Part shown: positions 36,891 through 49,742 of the stretch, piece by piece
Layout of the letters: every line of letters starts with the position of its first letter
Numbering within the stretch: position 1 is the first letter of the stretch
Source: Chiloscyllium plagiosum
Taxonomy: Eukaryota
Assembly: GCF_004010195.1 (NCBI RefSeq)
Contig: NC_057711.1
Span: forward strand, 72,567,175 to 72,630,861
DNA: 63,687 nt
Direction: 5' to 3'
Notes under the pieces: generated by a model
What the model was told of the DNA's origin: nothing
Databases searched by the model: none
What the model saw: only the letters and a program-made list of their open reading frames with translations
Made by a program: the position numbers and the translations under genes

Positions 36891-37952
36891 ATGACTTGGA
36901 GGTGCTGGTGTTGGACTGAGGTGGACAAATCACACAACATCAGGTTATAGTCCAACAGGTTTATTTGGAAGCACACTAGCTTTCGGAGCGCTTCTCCTTC
37001 ATTAGGTGTTTGTGGAAAATTAAGACCAGGCTCATAAATTTATAGCCAAATGAGTCCAGTGTCATAGAGTTGTGATACAGTAAAAATCTTAGATTAAAAC
37101 TTTCATCTTTTGTGATGGGATATGCTGATTTCTGTTCTTTGGTATGTAAATCCTAGAACTTCTTTTAAATTACATTCTCAAGATAGCTCAGGCTTTTAAG
37201 CAAAAGATGTGAAGTCTGTCTGCGTCACAATGCTATGTCAGACTGACAAACCCTCTGTATAGTTTCACAGAGTTTTACATGGATTCATGCAGCAAAATAA
37301 AATGTAATTCTGCAAAAACAAATTCACCCCATAAGCCTATATGTGGGTGTGTGGGGGCAACAGATTGAGTCTGCATGTGAGGATGTGCATGTGAATGTGA
37401 GTGCACATGATAGAATGCATGTGTATATGTGTGTGTGTCTGTGTGCGTGTCTGTGTGTGTGTATATGTGCGTGTGAGTGTGATGGAGTATGTGTGAGGGG
37501 GTGTGTGCCGATGTGAGTGCCGGGGGTGTAGGTGTGTGCATATGAGAGACAGCTTGTGTATGAGGGAGGGTCTGCGTGGGTATGTGAGTGTGTAAGAGTG
37601 CGTGTGTGTGTGTATGTGTTCACGTGTGTGTGTGTTCTAACCAGAATTCCATCAATAAACACATCATTTAGATCCTATCTACCATCCCTTGAAAAAAAAA
37701 GAACCAGAAATGACATCACCCAACTTAAGAAACTAAGATGTATAAATAGAGAGGTGGGACATACCACCAGTACTTCACCAGAGACTCTCACTGATGATGT
37801 TACCTAGCATGGTGACGAAATGTCTGAAAACAAACCTCCCAGCTCAGCAAGCAAACTTACATATTTATCATCAACCTAAGCTGCAAATCTTTTCAAAAAT
37901 CAAATCATGATCTGTTTAAGGTTTGGTGGTTGTTTAAAGGTGACTTTTAACT
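36891..37952 (-). mobile_element. PLE family 2 3' region with (TG)n-rich tract, containing a + strand family 3 PLE terminus (~37640-37903)
   Basis: Terminus matches 51206, 49981 and 57622. TG-rich tract 37345-37635. 37908-37943 matches PLE coding sequence at 63609-63644. Confidence 0.85.
37788..37827 (+). ncRNA. Minimal hammerhead motif (PLE family 3)
   Basis: tca-CTGATGA-T-GTTACC-tagcat-GGTGAC-GAA-ATGT-C|tga: 6-bp stem II with one G-U, stem I tca/tga, stem III ACGT decayed to ATGT. Confidence 0.7.
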
Positions 37953-38477
37953 ACAACTGGTTAAAAGCATTCTAAATGAGGGGAGTAGAAAGAATATTTG
38001 TACTAAGTAGATTCAGTCGAATTGAATTGGTTTTTACATTCTTAATTTGACAAAAAGCATCTTTAAAACAACGAACTAGGAATTTCAAAGCTGACCTGAA
38101 AAAAATCAATTGCTGTTCCAACAGATGTGTTGAAGCCATCAGACTACATGATCAGTATTTCACTAGCTGAATACACATAAAACTGAGTGAGCATTTAATG
38201 CATAATTTACTGCTGCTGTCAGAAAGTGGTTTACGTGGTGCCCTTTACATTGTATAGCCACAGATCCAGCAAGAAATTGATTTCTCAGTGTGAGAGAAAC
38301 CTACCAATGAGATTAAGCACTCGTCTGTTTGCTTAATTGGTCTCCTTTAAAAAAGCTTGCATTTGCTTATTTGAATCAAATGGAGCCAAATGTTATCACA
38401 GTAAAGACAGGAACGCTTTTAGCAAGTACACTTTGGATTTTAAAAATGCTCTTGTTTATTAATTTACTCCTCAATAG

Positions 38478-38640
38478 CCTCTTTATAGCCCGCCGGCTCC
38501 CATGCGCATTTTTATAAGACCAACTCAAGGAGATCAAAGTGAACGTGCTCCTGGTTTCAGAGTGTATGTTCATTTTACTGCAGATGGAGTGACCAAGAGA
38601 GTCAATGTACAGGCATCAGGGAATGCTATTCACATGGCCA
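38478..38640 (+). other. Candidate coding exon or conserved non-coding element (unassigned)
   Basis: Acceptor-like ttgtttattaatttactcctcaatag, one open frame PLYSPPAPMRIFIRPTQGDQSERAPGFRVYVHFTADG..., donor-like gtatgt or gtacgt, retained CpGs. Protein not recognised. Confidence 0.25.
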
Positions 38641-39769
38641 GTACGTTGTTATGGAATGGAAAACCTTGGAATGTGCTATCTCGTGTATTTAATTTTAAGT
38701 TTTAAAGCTGCATATTAATTATTCATTAGCAGAACACATTTTGAGTAAGAAACCCTCAGAGGTCGTATTAGATTAGCATATGCCAGCATTTGACTGGGAA
38801 AAAAACTCACAGTTGGTTTAAATATTCTAATGCATTCAGCCCTTAAGGGCTGAAAGCAACACACAGAAAGCAATTTTGGTGTATCAAGCCACTAGTGTCT
38901 CTTTTGTTAGATCTGATATTCAGTAATAGCCGAGAAACATCAAAAGGATAACTGAATAGTTACGTATTTTTGTCCAAGTAGTATTTGACCTTTTGACTGG
39001 CTCAGATTATTTAGAAGAACAAGAGAGACAAAGAGAAATCCGAATGCTTGAGAAAATAAAACTGAAGGTTGATTTTGTTCCTTCATCCTGTTACGATCAG
39101 TTGAGGAGGGGTGAATTGGCTCCACTCTGCTTAAATACCTCAGTCGGGAACAACAAAAATTTTAAATGCTTTTAAGCATGCAGCCATGCCCCAATCTAAT
39201 AAAACTGTTGTTCACTAATTGACCAGAAGCAAATTGGAAGCCAATTCTGATGTTTTCTTTACTGAGGAGAAAGTAATTTTATTATTTACTAAGCACAAGA
39301 AAGAGTAATAAAAATGTGGCATAAAACACATACACAAATACAGACATAACATTTAGAAAGGAGGGGGTGTCTAATACTAAACAGAATCAGGAATGTACAA
39401 TTTAAATGTCCTTAGAGCCTTGAGAACATCGTTGCTTCATTGGTGATTTGTATACCCATCAGCAGCAAAATCTTGGTGGATTGATGTTTCTCAAATTAGC
39501 TTTATCACTGAGCACTGTTTATCTGAGAGAGACTGAGAGAAAAAGGGGAAGAGAGAGACCTGTCCAGTTTTCTCTCCCACAAATCCATTTTCTTCTTTCT
39601 CCGCTCTGCCTCAGAAGTTGCTCCTTGAAATGCAGTTTATTTCACAAACTGCAGATGATTTTCATCCCAATATGTGCAACTTCCAGAAAAGTGAAAATCG
39701 AAGATGGGATACATATCTGAGTGTCCATCTTCATTTATTTCGATGTCATTAGGCTAATTTCCGAATGGG

Positions 39770-40079
39770 CTGAAAATGTGTTGCTGGAAAAGCGCAGCAG
39801 GTCAGGCAGCATCCAAGGAACAGGAGAATCGACGTTTCGGGCATAAGCCTGAGCTATCTTGAGAATGTAATTTAAAAGAAGTTCTAGGATTTACATACCA
39901 AAGAACAGACATCAGCATATCCCATCACAAAAGATGAAAGTTTTAATCTAAGATTGTTTACTGTATCACAATTCTATGACACTGGACTCATTTGGCTATA
40001 AATTTATGAGCCTGCGCTTTTCCAGCAACACATTTTCAGCTCTGATCTCCAGCATCTGCAGTCCTCACTTTCTCCTCGA
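39770..40079. mobile_element. PLE family 1 fold-back insertion with 15-bp TSD carrying a captured ~170-bp segment
   Basis: TSD taatttccgaatggg at 39755-39769 and 40080-40094. Interior 39845-40014 is the reverse complement of 37027-37195. Confidence 0.93.
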
Positions 40080-40711
40080 TAATTTCCGAATGGGTCTTGT
40101 TTATTCATGGTTTCACCTGCTTGGCTCAACCTGATATGGTAAGCATGGTAGCCATCTCAAATCAGCATTTTCCCTTTTTTAAAACCATTTTAGCCCATGA
40201 AAGGTTCCAGGTATTAAGATCAGATGTTGGAAGTTGGAAATTGATAGCCCCTTTTTGCCACTATCCTAACAGTTCTTCATTGCCATAAACACTTGGGGAA
40301 AATTCACCCAACTAGACTCAGATTCATTGGGTTCCACACATCACATTCTGCAAGAATGTGCATTCTATGCATGCAGGAAAGAGTTAATTTCTAAATGAAA
40401 CTTTTTTACATACATGCTTCAGCAACCAACACTTAATTCAGCAAGTTTATGAACAACCTCTTCTTCACATGTATCAAAATGGTTACTAGTGCTGGATTAA
40501 GTGCTAATTAAATGATCATATGATTAAATTATTAAATAATAATATTTCGGGTTTGAAAGTTCAGAAGGGAGTCTCACCTGTTGGCAGGGGATATTATGAA
40601 TTTAGACATGCAGCACCCAAGATTTCCTCATCATCGTCTTAATAGCTGGAAAATTACCTTAATTTGTGCTGTGTGAAACATGAGCAAATGTGTCTAGTGG
40701 TAGGACAAACT

Positions 40712-42450
40712 ATTCTTTATTCACTCATGGGATGTAGGCATTACTGGACGGCCAGCATTTTTTTATTACCAATCCCTAGTGCTCCTGAGAAAGTGGTTGT
40801 GAGCTACCTTCTTAAACTGCTGCAGTCCACCTGCTATAGGTTGACTCACCACAGGAGTTCTCGGGAGGGATTTCCAGGATTTTGACCCTATGACATTGAA
40901 TGAACAGCAATATATTTCCAAGTCATTGTGGTGAGTGTCATGGAAGTGAACTTGCAGGTGGCTCCATTCCTGTATATCTGCTGCCCTTTCCCATCTAGAT
41001 GGATGTGGTTATGAATTTGGAAGGTACTGCATAAGGATACCTGGTGAAATTCTACATCAGGTGCACGCTACTGCTACTGAGAGTCCGTGGTGGATGGAGT
41101 GGCTGCAAGTGGATGTGGTGTTAATCAAGCAGACTGCTTTGTTCTGGATGGTATCAAGCTTCTTGAGCTCTAGTGTTATTGGAGTTGCACCCACTCAGAC
41201 AAGTGGTGAGTATTCCAACACACCCCTGCCTTGTGCCTTGTAGATGATGGACAGGTTTTGGGAAGTTACTCAGTGAATTATTCGCCTCTAACCTGCTCTT
41301 GTAGCCACTGTGTTCAGGTGACAAGTCCAGTTGAGTTTCTGGTCAATGGTAACCCCAAGGATCTTGATAGTAGGGGATTCAGTAACACCACTGAACACCA
41401 AAGGGCAGTGATTAGATTGTCTCTTGTTGAAGATTGTCACTGCCGGGTGAAAGTGTGGTGTGAACGTTACTTGCCATGTTTCAGCCCACGCTTGGATACT
41501 TTTCAAATCTTGGTGCATTTGAACATGGACTGCTTCAGTATCTGACGAGTCACAAATGAAAGAGTCATAGAGCCATAGAGATGTACAACACAGAAACAGA
41601 CCCTTTGGTCCAACTCATCCATGCCAGCCAGATATCTTAACCTAACCTAGTCCCATTTGCCAGCACTTGGCCCATATCCCTCGAAACTTTTCCCATTCAT
41701 ATACCCATCCAGATGCCTGTTAATTTTGTAATTGGAACAGCCTCCACCACTTTCTCTGGCAGTTCATTCCATACGTGCACCATCCTTTGCGTAAAAAAGC
41801 TGCCCCTTAGGTCCCTTTTAAATCTTTTCCCTTTCACCCTAAACCTACATCATATAGTTCAGGACTCCCTCATTCCAATGAAAACACCTTGTCTATTTAC
41901 CCTATCCATGCCCCTCATGATTTTATAAACCTTTATAAGGTCACCCTTCAACCTCCAATGCTGCAGGGAAAACAGCCCCAGCCTATTCAGCCTTTCCCTA
42001 TTGCTCAAACCCTCCCATCCTGGCAACATCCTTGTAAATGTTTTTTGAACCCTTTCAAGTTTCACAACATTGTTCCTATCGGAGGGAGACCAGAATTGCA
42101 CACAATATTCCAAAAGTGACTTAACCAAGATGCTGAATATTGTGCAATCATCAATGAACAAACTTACTTTTGATCTTATGATGGAGGGAAGGTTGTTGAT
42201 GAAACAGCTGAAGATGGTTGTGCCTTAAACTATTTTGCGGAACTCCTGCAGAGATGACCTGGAGCTGAGATGACTGACTTCCAACAACCACAAACATCTT
42301 CCTATGTGCCAGATAAGCCTTCAACGAGCAGTAAGTTTGCTCATAGATACCCATCGATTCTAGTTTTGCTAAGCCTCCTTGATGCCACATTCAGTTGAAC
42401 GTGACCTTGATATCCAATGCTGTTACTCTCACCTCACCTTATGATGTTAG
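40712..42450 (-). mobile_element. Older CR1-group LINE fragment with a younger CR1 3' fragment nested at ~41562-42128
   Basis: HQDLKSIQAWAETWQVTF..KILGVTIDQKLNW and AGVPQ (older element); LEYCVQFWSP..LKGDLIKVYKIM with gagtcatagagccatagag tail (nested element). Confidence 0.85.
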
Positions 42451-43809
42451 TTCTTAATTGTGATGCCTCTGCCTAATTTGGCGGTCCTTCACATACGTAC
42501 ACTAGTATGTCTTCCTCTAGATTTACAGCCTCCATGCCTTCAGAAATTAAAACTGTGTCTCCACAAGAATTCCTCACAGCCCCCTCCCAGCAAATATGTC
42601 CAAAATAGTGAGAAACCAATGGAATGCCATGGACTAGCTGAATGTAAGTGTAGCTTAGTAGATATTCAGCAACGTCAGACTCCAGTTGCAGTAGGCTGGC
42701 AATTTTGGCAGAATTTATTGCTGATGATGAGGGTTTCACATGGAAACTGAAGAACTGATAGGGGTCTTGTGCAGCCTCGGTTGGTGAAGTTCTGAAGGTA
42801 TTTATTTGCCCATTAAGCACTTAAATGACCAGGCTTGTCTCTTCTCCTGGATTAAGGATTCAGTGGATGGAAATCCCACCTCTGAAGTTGCAACCACCAG
42901 TAATGTATTAAATGGGCCAGAGGTGAGGCAGACTAGAAGTTATGGGGGAAAGAGGATTTGGAAGGTAAGTGACTCTCAGCAGTCCTGTCCATGACCCAAT
43001 TCTGGCTGTCTCATCAAGCATCAAGAGCATTTATATGAGGATTTCCGCCACCTAGGCCTCATTAGCCCTAGATGCCTAGCAGCAAACTGGAAAGGAATTT
43101 CTTTTTCCAGGCTCACATATGGAGTGTTCACTGCCCACTTATTCGTTGATGGCTATCAGTGATGGGATTTAGCCCTGAAGTGGGTATTAAAATGGGCAAC
43201 CAAAGGCTTAATTAGCATTCAGGCAGGAAAGCCATAAGCCCGGGACTTAATTGAAGGGAGACAGCAAGATGAGGGGATGCCAGGCCACATCCTTCCATTC
43301 TATTAAATGTCCATGCATCTCCAAACATGCTGCAAATGCTTCATATTTGAAATATCAAGTTACTAAATTGTGTTGGAGTTCTATTAACCTTTTAACAGAA
43401 AACTGATTTGTTTGGTCTGTAGTTGCAAACAGGGAGAGACATCAGTTGAATGCTGCAATCTATGCAATAAGCAACATCTTCTTTAATTATTTTCTGTAGT
43501 TTGAGGGTTTTTTTTTCATTTCAGATGGGATGTGTAATTTTTTCTTGGATCTCCTCCATGAGTAACTAGGTTATTTGATATGAGCATTGCTTGTAAGTCT
43601 GACATTGTTGTCCATAATTTTGCTTGAGAAGGTCATACTGAGCTGTTTTCTTTAATTGGCATAATTCATGTGATGTGGATGGTGCTTTCTGGAGTGAGTT
43701 CCAGGATTTTGAAAAGCTAGGGTGTGAATTGGATGGAAAAGTCCAGGTAGTAGTGTTCTCTTCTACCTGCTGTCCTTGTTCTTCCACGTGCTAGAGGTTG
43801 CAGGGCTTT

Positions 43810-44638
43810 GTTGGAGACTACTTTCTAAATGGGAAAAGGCTTCAGAGGTCCGAGCACAAAGGGACTGTTGTCCTAGTTCAGGGTTCTGTTAAAGTCAACA
43901 AGCAGGTTCAGCCGGCAATTAGGAAGCCAAATGCAATATTGGCATTCATTTTGTCAGGAAGAAGGGCTTATGCCCGAAACGTTGATTCTCCTGTTCCCTG
44001 GATGCTGCCTGACCTGCTGCGCTTTTCCAGCAACACATTTTCAGCATTCATTTTGAGAGGGCTAGAATACATGAGCAGGGATGTACTGCTGAAGTTGTAT
44101 GAGGCTCTCATCAGGCCATATTTGGAATAATATGAGCAGTTTTGGGCCCAGTATCTAAGGAAATATGTGCTGGCCTTGGAGGGGTTCCAGAAGAGGTCTA
44201 CCAGAATGAACCCGGGGATGAAGAGCTTGTCTTACGAGGTGTGGTCCAAGATTCTAGGCCTGTACTCAATTGGGTTTAGAAGGATGAGGGTGGATCTCAT
44301 TGAAACTTACAGAATACTACGAGGTCTGGATAGAGTGGACATGGAGATGTTTCCACAGGTAAGAGCCAAGGGCATCAGCCTTAGAATGAAGGAACAACCC
44401 TTCACAACTGAAATGAGGAGAAATTTCTTTAGCCAAAGGATGGTGAATCTGCAGAAAGCTTTTGAGGAAAGTCATTGAGTGTATTCAAAACAGAAATAGA
44501 TAGGTTCTTGATTAGCAAGGAGATCAAGAGTCATGGGGAGAAGGTTGGAGAATGGAGCTGAGAAATATATAAGTCATAATCGAATGGTGGAGTTGTGGGC
44601 TAAATGGCCTTATTCTGCTCCTATATCTTATGGTCTTA
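43810..44638 (+). mobile_element. CR1 3' fragment nested in an older minus-strand LINE remnant (~43510-44930)
   Basis: DYFLNGKRLQ, LYEALIRPYLE, DLIETYRIL, EMRRNFFSQR; tail tcttatggtctta. Confidence 0.88.
43954..44043 (+). mobile_element. 90-bp PLE family 1 insertion with 12-bp TSD
   Basis: TSD gcattcattttg at 43942-43953 and 44044-44055; partial hammerhead gaagaagggcttatgcccgaaacgtt. Confidence 0.92.
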
Positions 44639-45052
44639 CAGTTTGGATGGTACTGTTGAAGGAGCCTTGGTGAGTTGCTGCAGTACATCTTACAGATGGT
44701 AAACATTGCTATCACTGTGCACTGCTGGCAGAGGGAGTGAATATTTAGTTTGATAGATGAGGTGCTGTTGAGATGGATTGTTTTGTCCTAGATCAAATCA
44801 ATATTCTTGAGTGCTTTAAGAGCTGTACTCATTCAGATAAGTGGAGAGCATTCCATCACACACTTGACTAAGTCCTTGTAAATGATGGACAGCTTTTATA
44901 GAGTTGAGTTACTCACCACAGAAATCATCAAATACCTTAGGGTTCACTGCTATTTTAAGATTATCCAGGCTGAGATAGCTAGATTTTTGATCAGTAAAGG
45001 GAATCAAGGCTGTGGAAACTAGGGAGAAAAGTCCCTGCCTTGGGAAAGAAAT

Positions 45053-45163
45053 GGAGAAGATGAGGACTGCAGATGTTGGAGATCAGAGTCGAGAGTGTGG
45101 TGCTGGAAAAGCACAGCAGGTCAGGCAGCATCCGAGCAGCGATGTTTCAGCCAAAAGCCCTTC
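45053..45163 (-). mobile_element. PLE family 1 terminal insertion within a CR1 tail fragment
   Basis: Matches the PLE terminus; decayed TSD ccttgggaaagaaat/ccttggggaggaaat. Confidence 0.8.
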
Positions 45164-46660
45164 CTTGGGGAGGAAATGGCCAAGTGGCAAAAATAAAAAG
45201 TAAAGTCAGCACAGCCTTAACAGGTTAAAGTCTGCTTTCTCTTTGGACAGTGATGCCTGTTGGTGGTTTAACACGAGGGTTACCATGCTTCATGTTAAAA
45301 AAGGAGAATTTTTCATGGTAACCTCAGGAATCACCCACATATGTCAAGCCCTTCATTCCAGGATCATTCTCTGGACCCTTTCCAAGGGCAGCACATCTTT
45401 CCTTAGACACGGTGCCCAAAACTGCTCACAATATTTCCAGATGCTGACTGACCAGACCCTTATACAACCTCAGCAGTAATTCCAGCCCAGTCAAATGAAT
45501 GCTAACATTGCATTTGCACTTTAGAGAAGTTATTATTGGCAGATCAGCCAAGCTAACCAACTAATGGTACTATCACTGAACTATTAATCCAGAGATCCAA
45601 GCAATGTACTGGGAAAGCAGGTCTGAATCCTACCATTAGAAATGGTGGAATTTGAAATCAGTACAAAATGTGAAATTAAGAGTCTATTGATGACTATGAA
45701 ACCACTGTCAATTGCCAGAAAAACCTACTTGGTTCACCAATGCCCTTTAAGGAGTGAAACTGCTGCCCTTACCTGGACTGACCTACATATAGTTCCAGAC
45801 ACACAACAGTGTGATTGACTTTTATCTAACAGCTAGGCGATGAGTGAGGCCCTCATTCCCATCAATGAATAAAAACAAGCGTTGAGGATGATCACATTAG
45901 CCATGATTTCATTGAATGGCAGAGCAGAATCAGTGGGCTGAATTACCTACTGTCTCTACATTGTACGGTTGTATAATTGATTATTCTTAGCTCTGTCTGT
46001 GTTTAGTGATTTCCATTAGTATTTAATGTTGGTGATTTCAATAGGGAGTGAGTTGGATAAAGGCTTTGATTCTCAGTTTAAGGGTTTTGCACAGGCACTT
46101 ACTCCCAATCATATACTCCAAAGCCTCTTTCCTCTTTGGCCTCCATAATGACAGGAAGTGACTGAGACAACACAGAAGAGGAAAAGCTCCTTGAAGAAAA
46201 ATGAGAAAGAGGGGGAAAGGATTCTCAGCAAGTGGTTATATTGGTCCAGATTCTTCAAGGAGCATTTCTCAGAGCATAATTTTGGTGTCTCAACATAAAT
46301 TCGGAAAAATGTGTAAAATTTTCACTTCACTTAAAAGGTGCACACTGGAACCTACCATTTCTTGCAGAATCTGTAGATCCCAAAAATGGCAACACTAATA
46401 CAGACAGTGGCGTTGCTGTGGTGATGAATAGGAGGAGGAAATGGAGGAGAAAACCAACATATCTCCGTTCTATCCAGCTGTCAATGGTCAAGCCATGTTA
46501 TTGCATTCCAGTGATTTCACCTACAATTCCCCGTTCAACATTCCTGTTGTTAAGGGTGCTCACATTGCCCTTAGTCACTTTGCTGAAATAAAAGAGTGCC
46601 ACACAATAAACATTCCACAATAATTCTTTCAAACAAACCTTGAATGTTCAATCTAAGGTC

Positions 46661-48070
46661 TAGTTTTTTTTAATTTCAAAAATATACTTTATTCATAAAA
46701 ATATTTTGATGATCTGTACAATTGGTCATGCCATACATACGTAAACATTCCATTTCTTTGCATACAGAGATACAGTAATCATTCGTATATACAGGTCTGT
46801 ACATTTACTATCCATACATTTAGCTGAGGCATCAGCGGAGTCCCCTTACTGCATGGGCCCCCTGTTCTTTAGCAGGCAGACGTTACATGGTGGTCTTCCC
46901 CCACCGCGCCTTGGCAGCAGCTGCCCTAAGCTTCAGCGCATCCCTCAACACATAGTCCTGGACCTTGGAATGTGCCAGTTCGCAACACTCATTCGGGATC
47001 AGCTCCTTCAGCTAGAAGATCAACAGATTTCGGACAGACCAAAGAGGATCTTTCACTGAGTTGATGATCCTCCAGGCACAGTTGATGTTTGTCTCGGTGT
47101 GCGTCCCGGGGAACAGGCCGTAGAGCATGGAGTCCCGCGTCACGGAGCTGCTCAGGATGAACATCGACAAAGACCACTGCTTTTGTCTCCAGACTTCCTT
47201 TGCATAGGCACATTCCAGAAGGAGGTGTGTGACAGTCTCGTCCCCCCCCACAGCCGCTTCGCGGGCAGCTTGCGGTGCGGCAGAGAGTTCGGGCATGCAT
47301 AAAGGATCTCACAGGCAGAGCCCTTCTCACCACCAGCCAAGCCATCTATTGGTGCTTGTTGGAAAATTCTGGCGATGAGGCATTCTACCAAATGACTTTG
47401 ACAGTCTGCTCAGGGAACCGCTCTACAGGATCCGCCCTCTCCTTTTCCCGAAGGGTTTCAAGGAGACTATGTGCTGATCACTTCCTATGGACTTGTGGTC
47501 AAAGGTGTTTTGTTTCATAAATTTCTCTACGAAGGACAGGTGATATGGAACAGTCCAACTACTTGGAGAGTTCCGCGGCAGCGAGGCCAGGCCCATCCTT
47601 CACAATGCCAGGGACAGGTAGAACCTCAGTACGTAGTGACACGTTTTGTTTGCATACCGGGTATCCACGCACAGCTTGATGCAGCCACACACAAAGGTGG
47701 CCATCAGGGTGAGGGTGGCATTTGGTGTGTTTTTTCCCCCCTTGCCCAGAGCTTTGTACATCGAGTCCCTTCAGACCCTGGACATCTTTGATCTCCATAC
47801 AAAATGGCAGATGGTCCGGGTGACTGCGACAGCACAGGTTCTGGGAATAGGTCAGACCTGTGCTACATATACAACACTGACAGTGCCTCACACCTGATGA
47901 CCAGGTTTTTACCCATAATGGAGAGCGACCGTAGCTTCCAACTGCCCAGTTTCTGCCTCACCTTCTTGATACACTCCTCCCAAGACTTGGCGCATGCCCC
48001 AGCCCCTCCGAACCAAATACCTAGCACCTTCAGGTGGTCAGTCCTGATGGTGAAGGGGATGAAGGATTGG
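46661..48070 (-). mobile_element. Tx1-like L1-clade retrotransposon, 5'-truncated, with 16-bp TSD
   Basis: C-terminal zinc-binding motif AWLVVRRALPVRSF..CPRSGCGG/DETVTHLLLEC..AKEVW; minus-strand AATAAA and poly(A) at 46663-46695; TSD tgttcaatctaaggtc at 46645-46660 and 48071-48086. Confidence 0.92.
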
Positions 48071-48086
48071 TGTTCAATCTAAGGTC

Positions 48087-48950
48087 AATTAATCACCCTT
48101 GTGTATTCCCTCAGTACCTGTCTCCTCCACAGTGCTAGACCATAGCTGCAGTATCACAGGTGAAAGGCAGCAATGTTTCAGTGGGGATGGCTGCATATTT
48201 TGCAGGACAACCTCAAGCAGGCCTCGGTGAACTAGCTTTGATGACAACAATTCAGCCTGGCTCACCGATGGGCAACATCAAGGGAATATTCGGAGTTGCA
48301 TTGGTAGATATTTGAATGTTGTAAACTTCAGAGATTGCATTCTCCATGAAGCCACTGCTCACCTAAGGTGATACCTTAATGATCCTGGTAATTTGCTGTG
48401 ACTCTCTGTTAATACTGGTATCCACAATCATGACGGCAGTATTCCGAGCCTGTCTGGCAACAAGCTGAGCGTGCATGACTTAAATCAGAGCTTCCACTGC
48501 AGCATTCAGACACAATGGCATGGGGTTGGGCTGCAATGGAAGCTGACATGTATGATGCCACAACAGGGTTGAGTTGATTAGTATTCCTATGGAGTTGGTC
48601 ACAACTTCCACAGTGAAGGGACTGACTCCAAGCATTTCACAAAATCCTATGCCACAATGAAGCCTGACTTCTCCATGATCTTACTGGGTCTCGGATAGGC
48701 CTGCCAATGTGTCGGCATTTCTGCATGTATACCCCTCACTACTTTTCTGTACACCTCCCCACGGAAGTCCTCATTTGAGTCTATTATAACATAACTCATG
48801 TATGATCCCCACCATCCGGCCAAATGCTTCCTGTAGTAGTGGCTTGCCCTGCTCTGTCTGCATACCGTTTGTGGCCTCGACTCTCTCTTTCCTCAGTTGT
48901 TGCCAGAACAGCAGAGAATTTCCAATATTTTCTATCTTTACTCCATTCCT
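48087..48950 (-). mobile_element. Old Harbinger ORF2-type remnant (same family as 26390-30915), host of the Tx1 insertion
   Basis: Short reverse-complement matches to 30463-30484, 30875-30912 and ~27840-27920. Confidence 0.5.
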
Positions 48951-49742
48951 CATGATGTTCAGTTGTGGAAAACAGGTAGGAAAATGCGGTATTTAAGAAA
49001 TGGGTTTTTATTATAAATTTTGGCAAAAATGACACCTTGATATATCTAAAACCTTTAGCTCCACATACACCGCAGTTTTAATAAAAATAAAACACAGGTT
49101 TTGCAAGATGAATCTGACACTGCATCTGTCCAGGCCTGTTTTGTTAAATTTACATTTTCAATTATCGGAGCTTTCAGACTTACAAAGAATAAAGGTTCAA
49201 TGACAATGGAGCTGTTATAATGCAGATGTGCACTTTGTGCAGCGTGTTGTAGTGATCAGAACAATCTCATCAGTGACAGTTTACTTGAGCAGTTGAGGCA
49301 AATGAATAGCCATTATTGTGTCCACTATATGGATTCTTATTAGAACAATAATTAACTTAAACTAAATGGGGTCTGTGATAATGAGTATCTGAGTTCAAGA
49401 AGAGCTAAAGTGACCTAATCTGTCCAGATTGTCATTAGTTTACCATTACTAATTTACAGAGATGCAATTATACTGATCTCAGTCAGAGCACTTTACACTG
49501 TATAGGGGATAATAAGAGACTGATTCCTGCAAAACAGTTCAGTCTTTTTTTTTAGTTTATATGATTTTCACAAAAGTGGAAATTGGACAAAACTATTCCA
49601 CCAATATTTTTCATAGATTGCACTGTTTATAGCATGTTCAAATAATTGGACAATAAATAGACATGGGGAAGTTTTAAACAGTGAATAACATTAGGAATGG
49701 AGAAGTTTCAGATTCGGTATGCTATGTTTACAGGCAATCAAT

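Noticed and set aside
37275..37807. His/Thr-rich ORFs (also 51708..51953)
   Set aside because: Translations of the (TG)n-rich tract inside PLE family 2.
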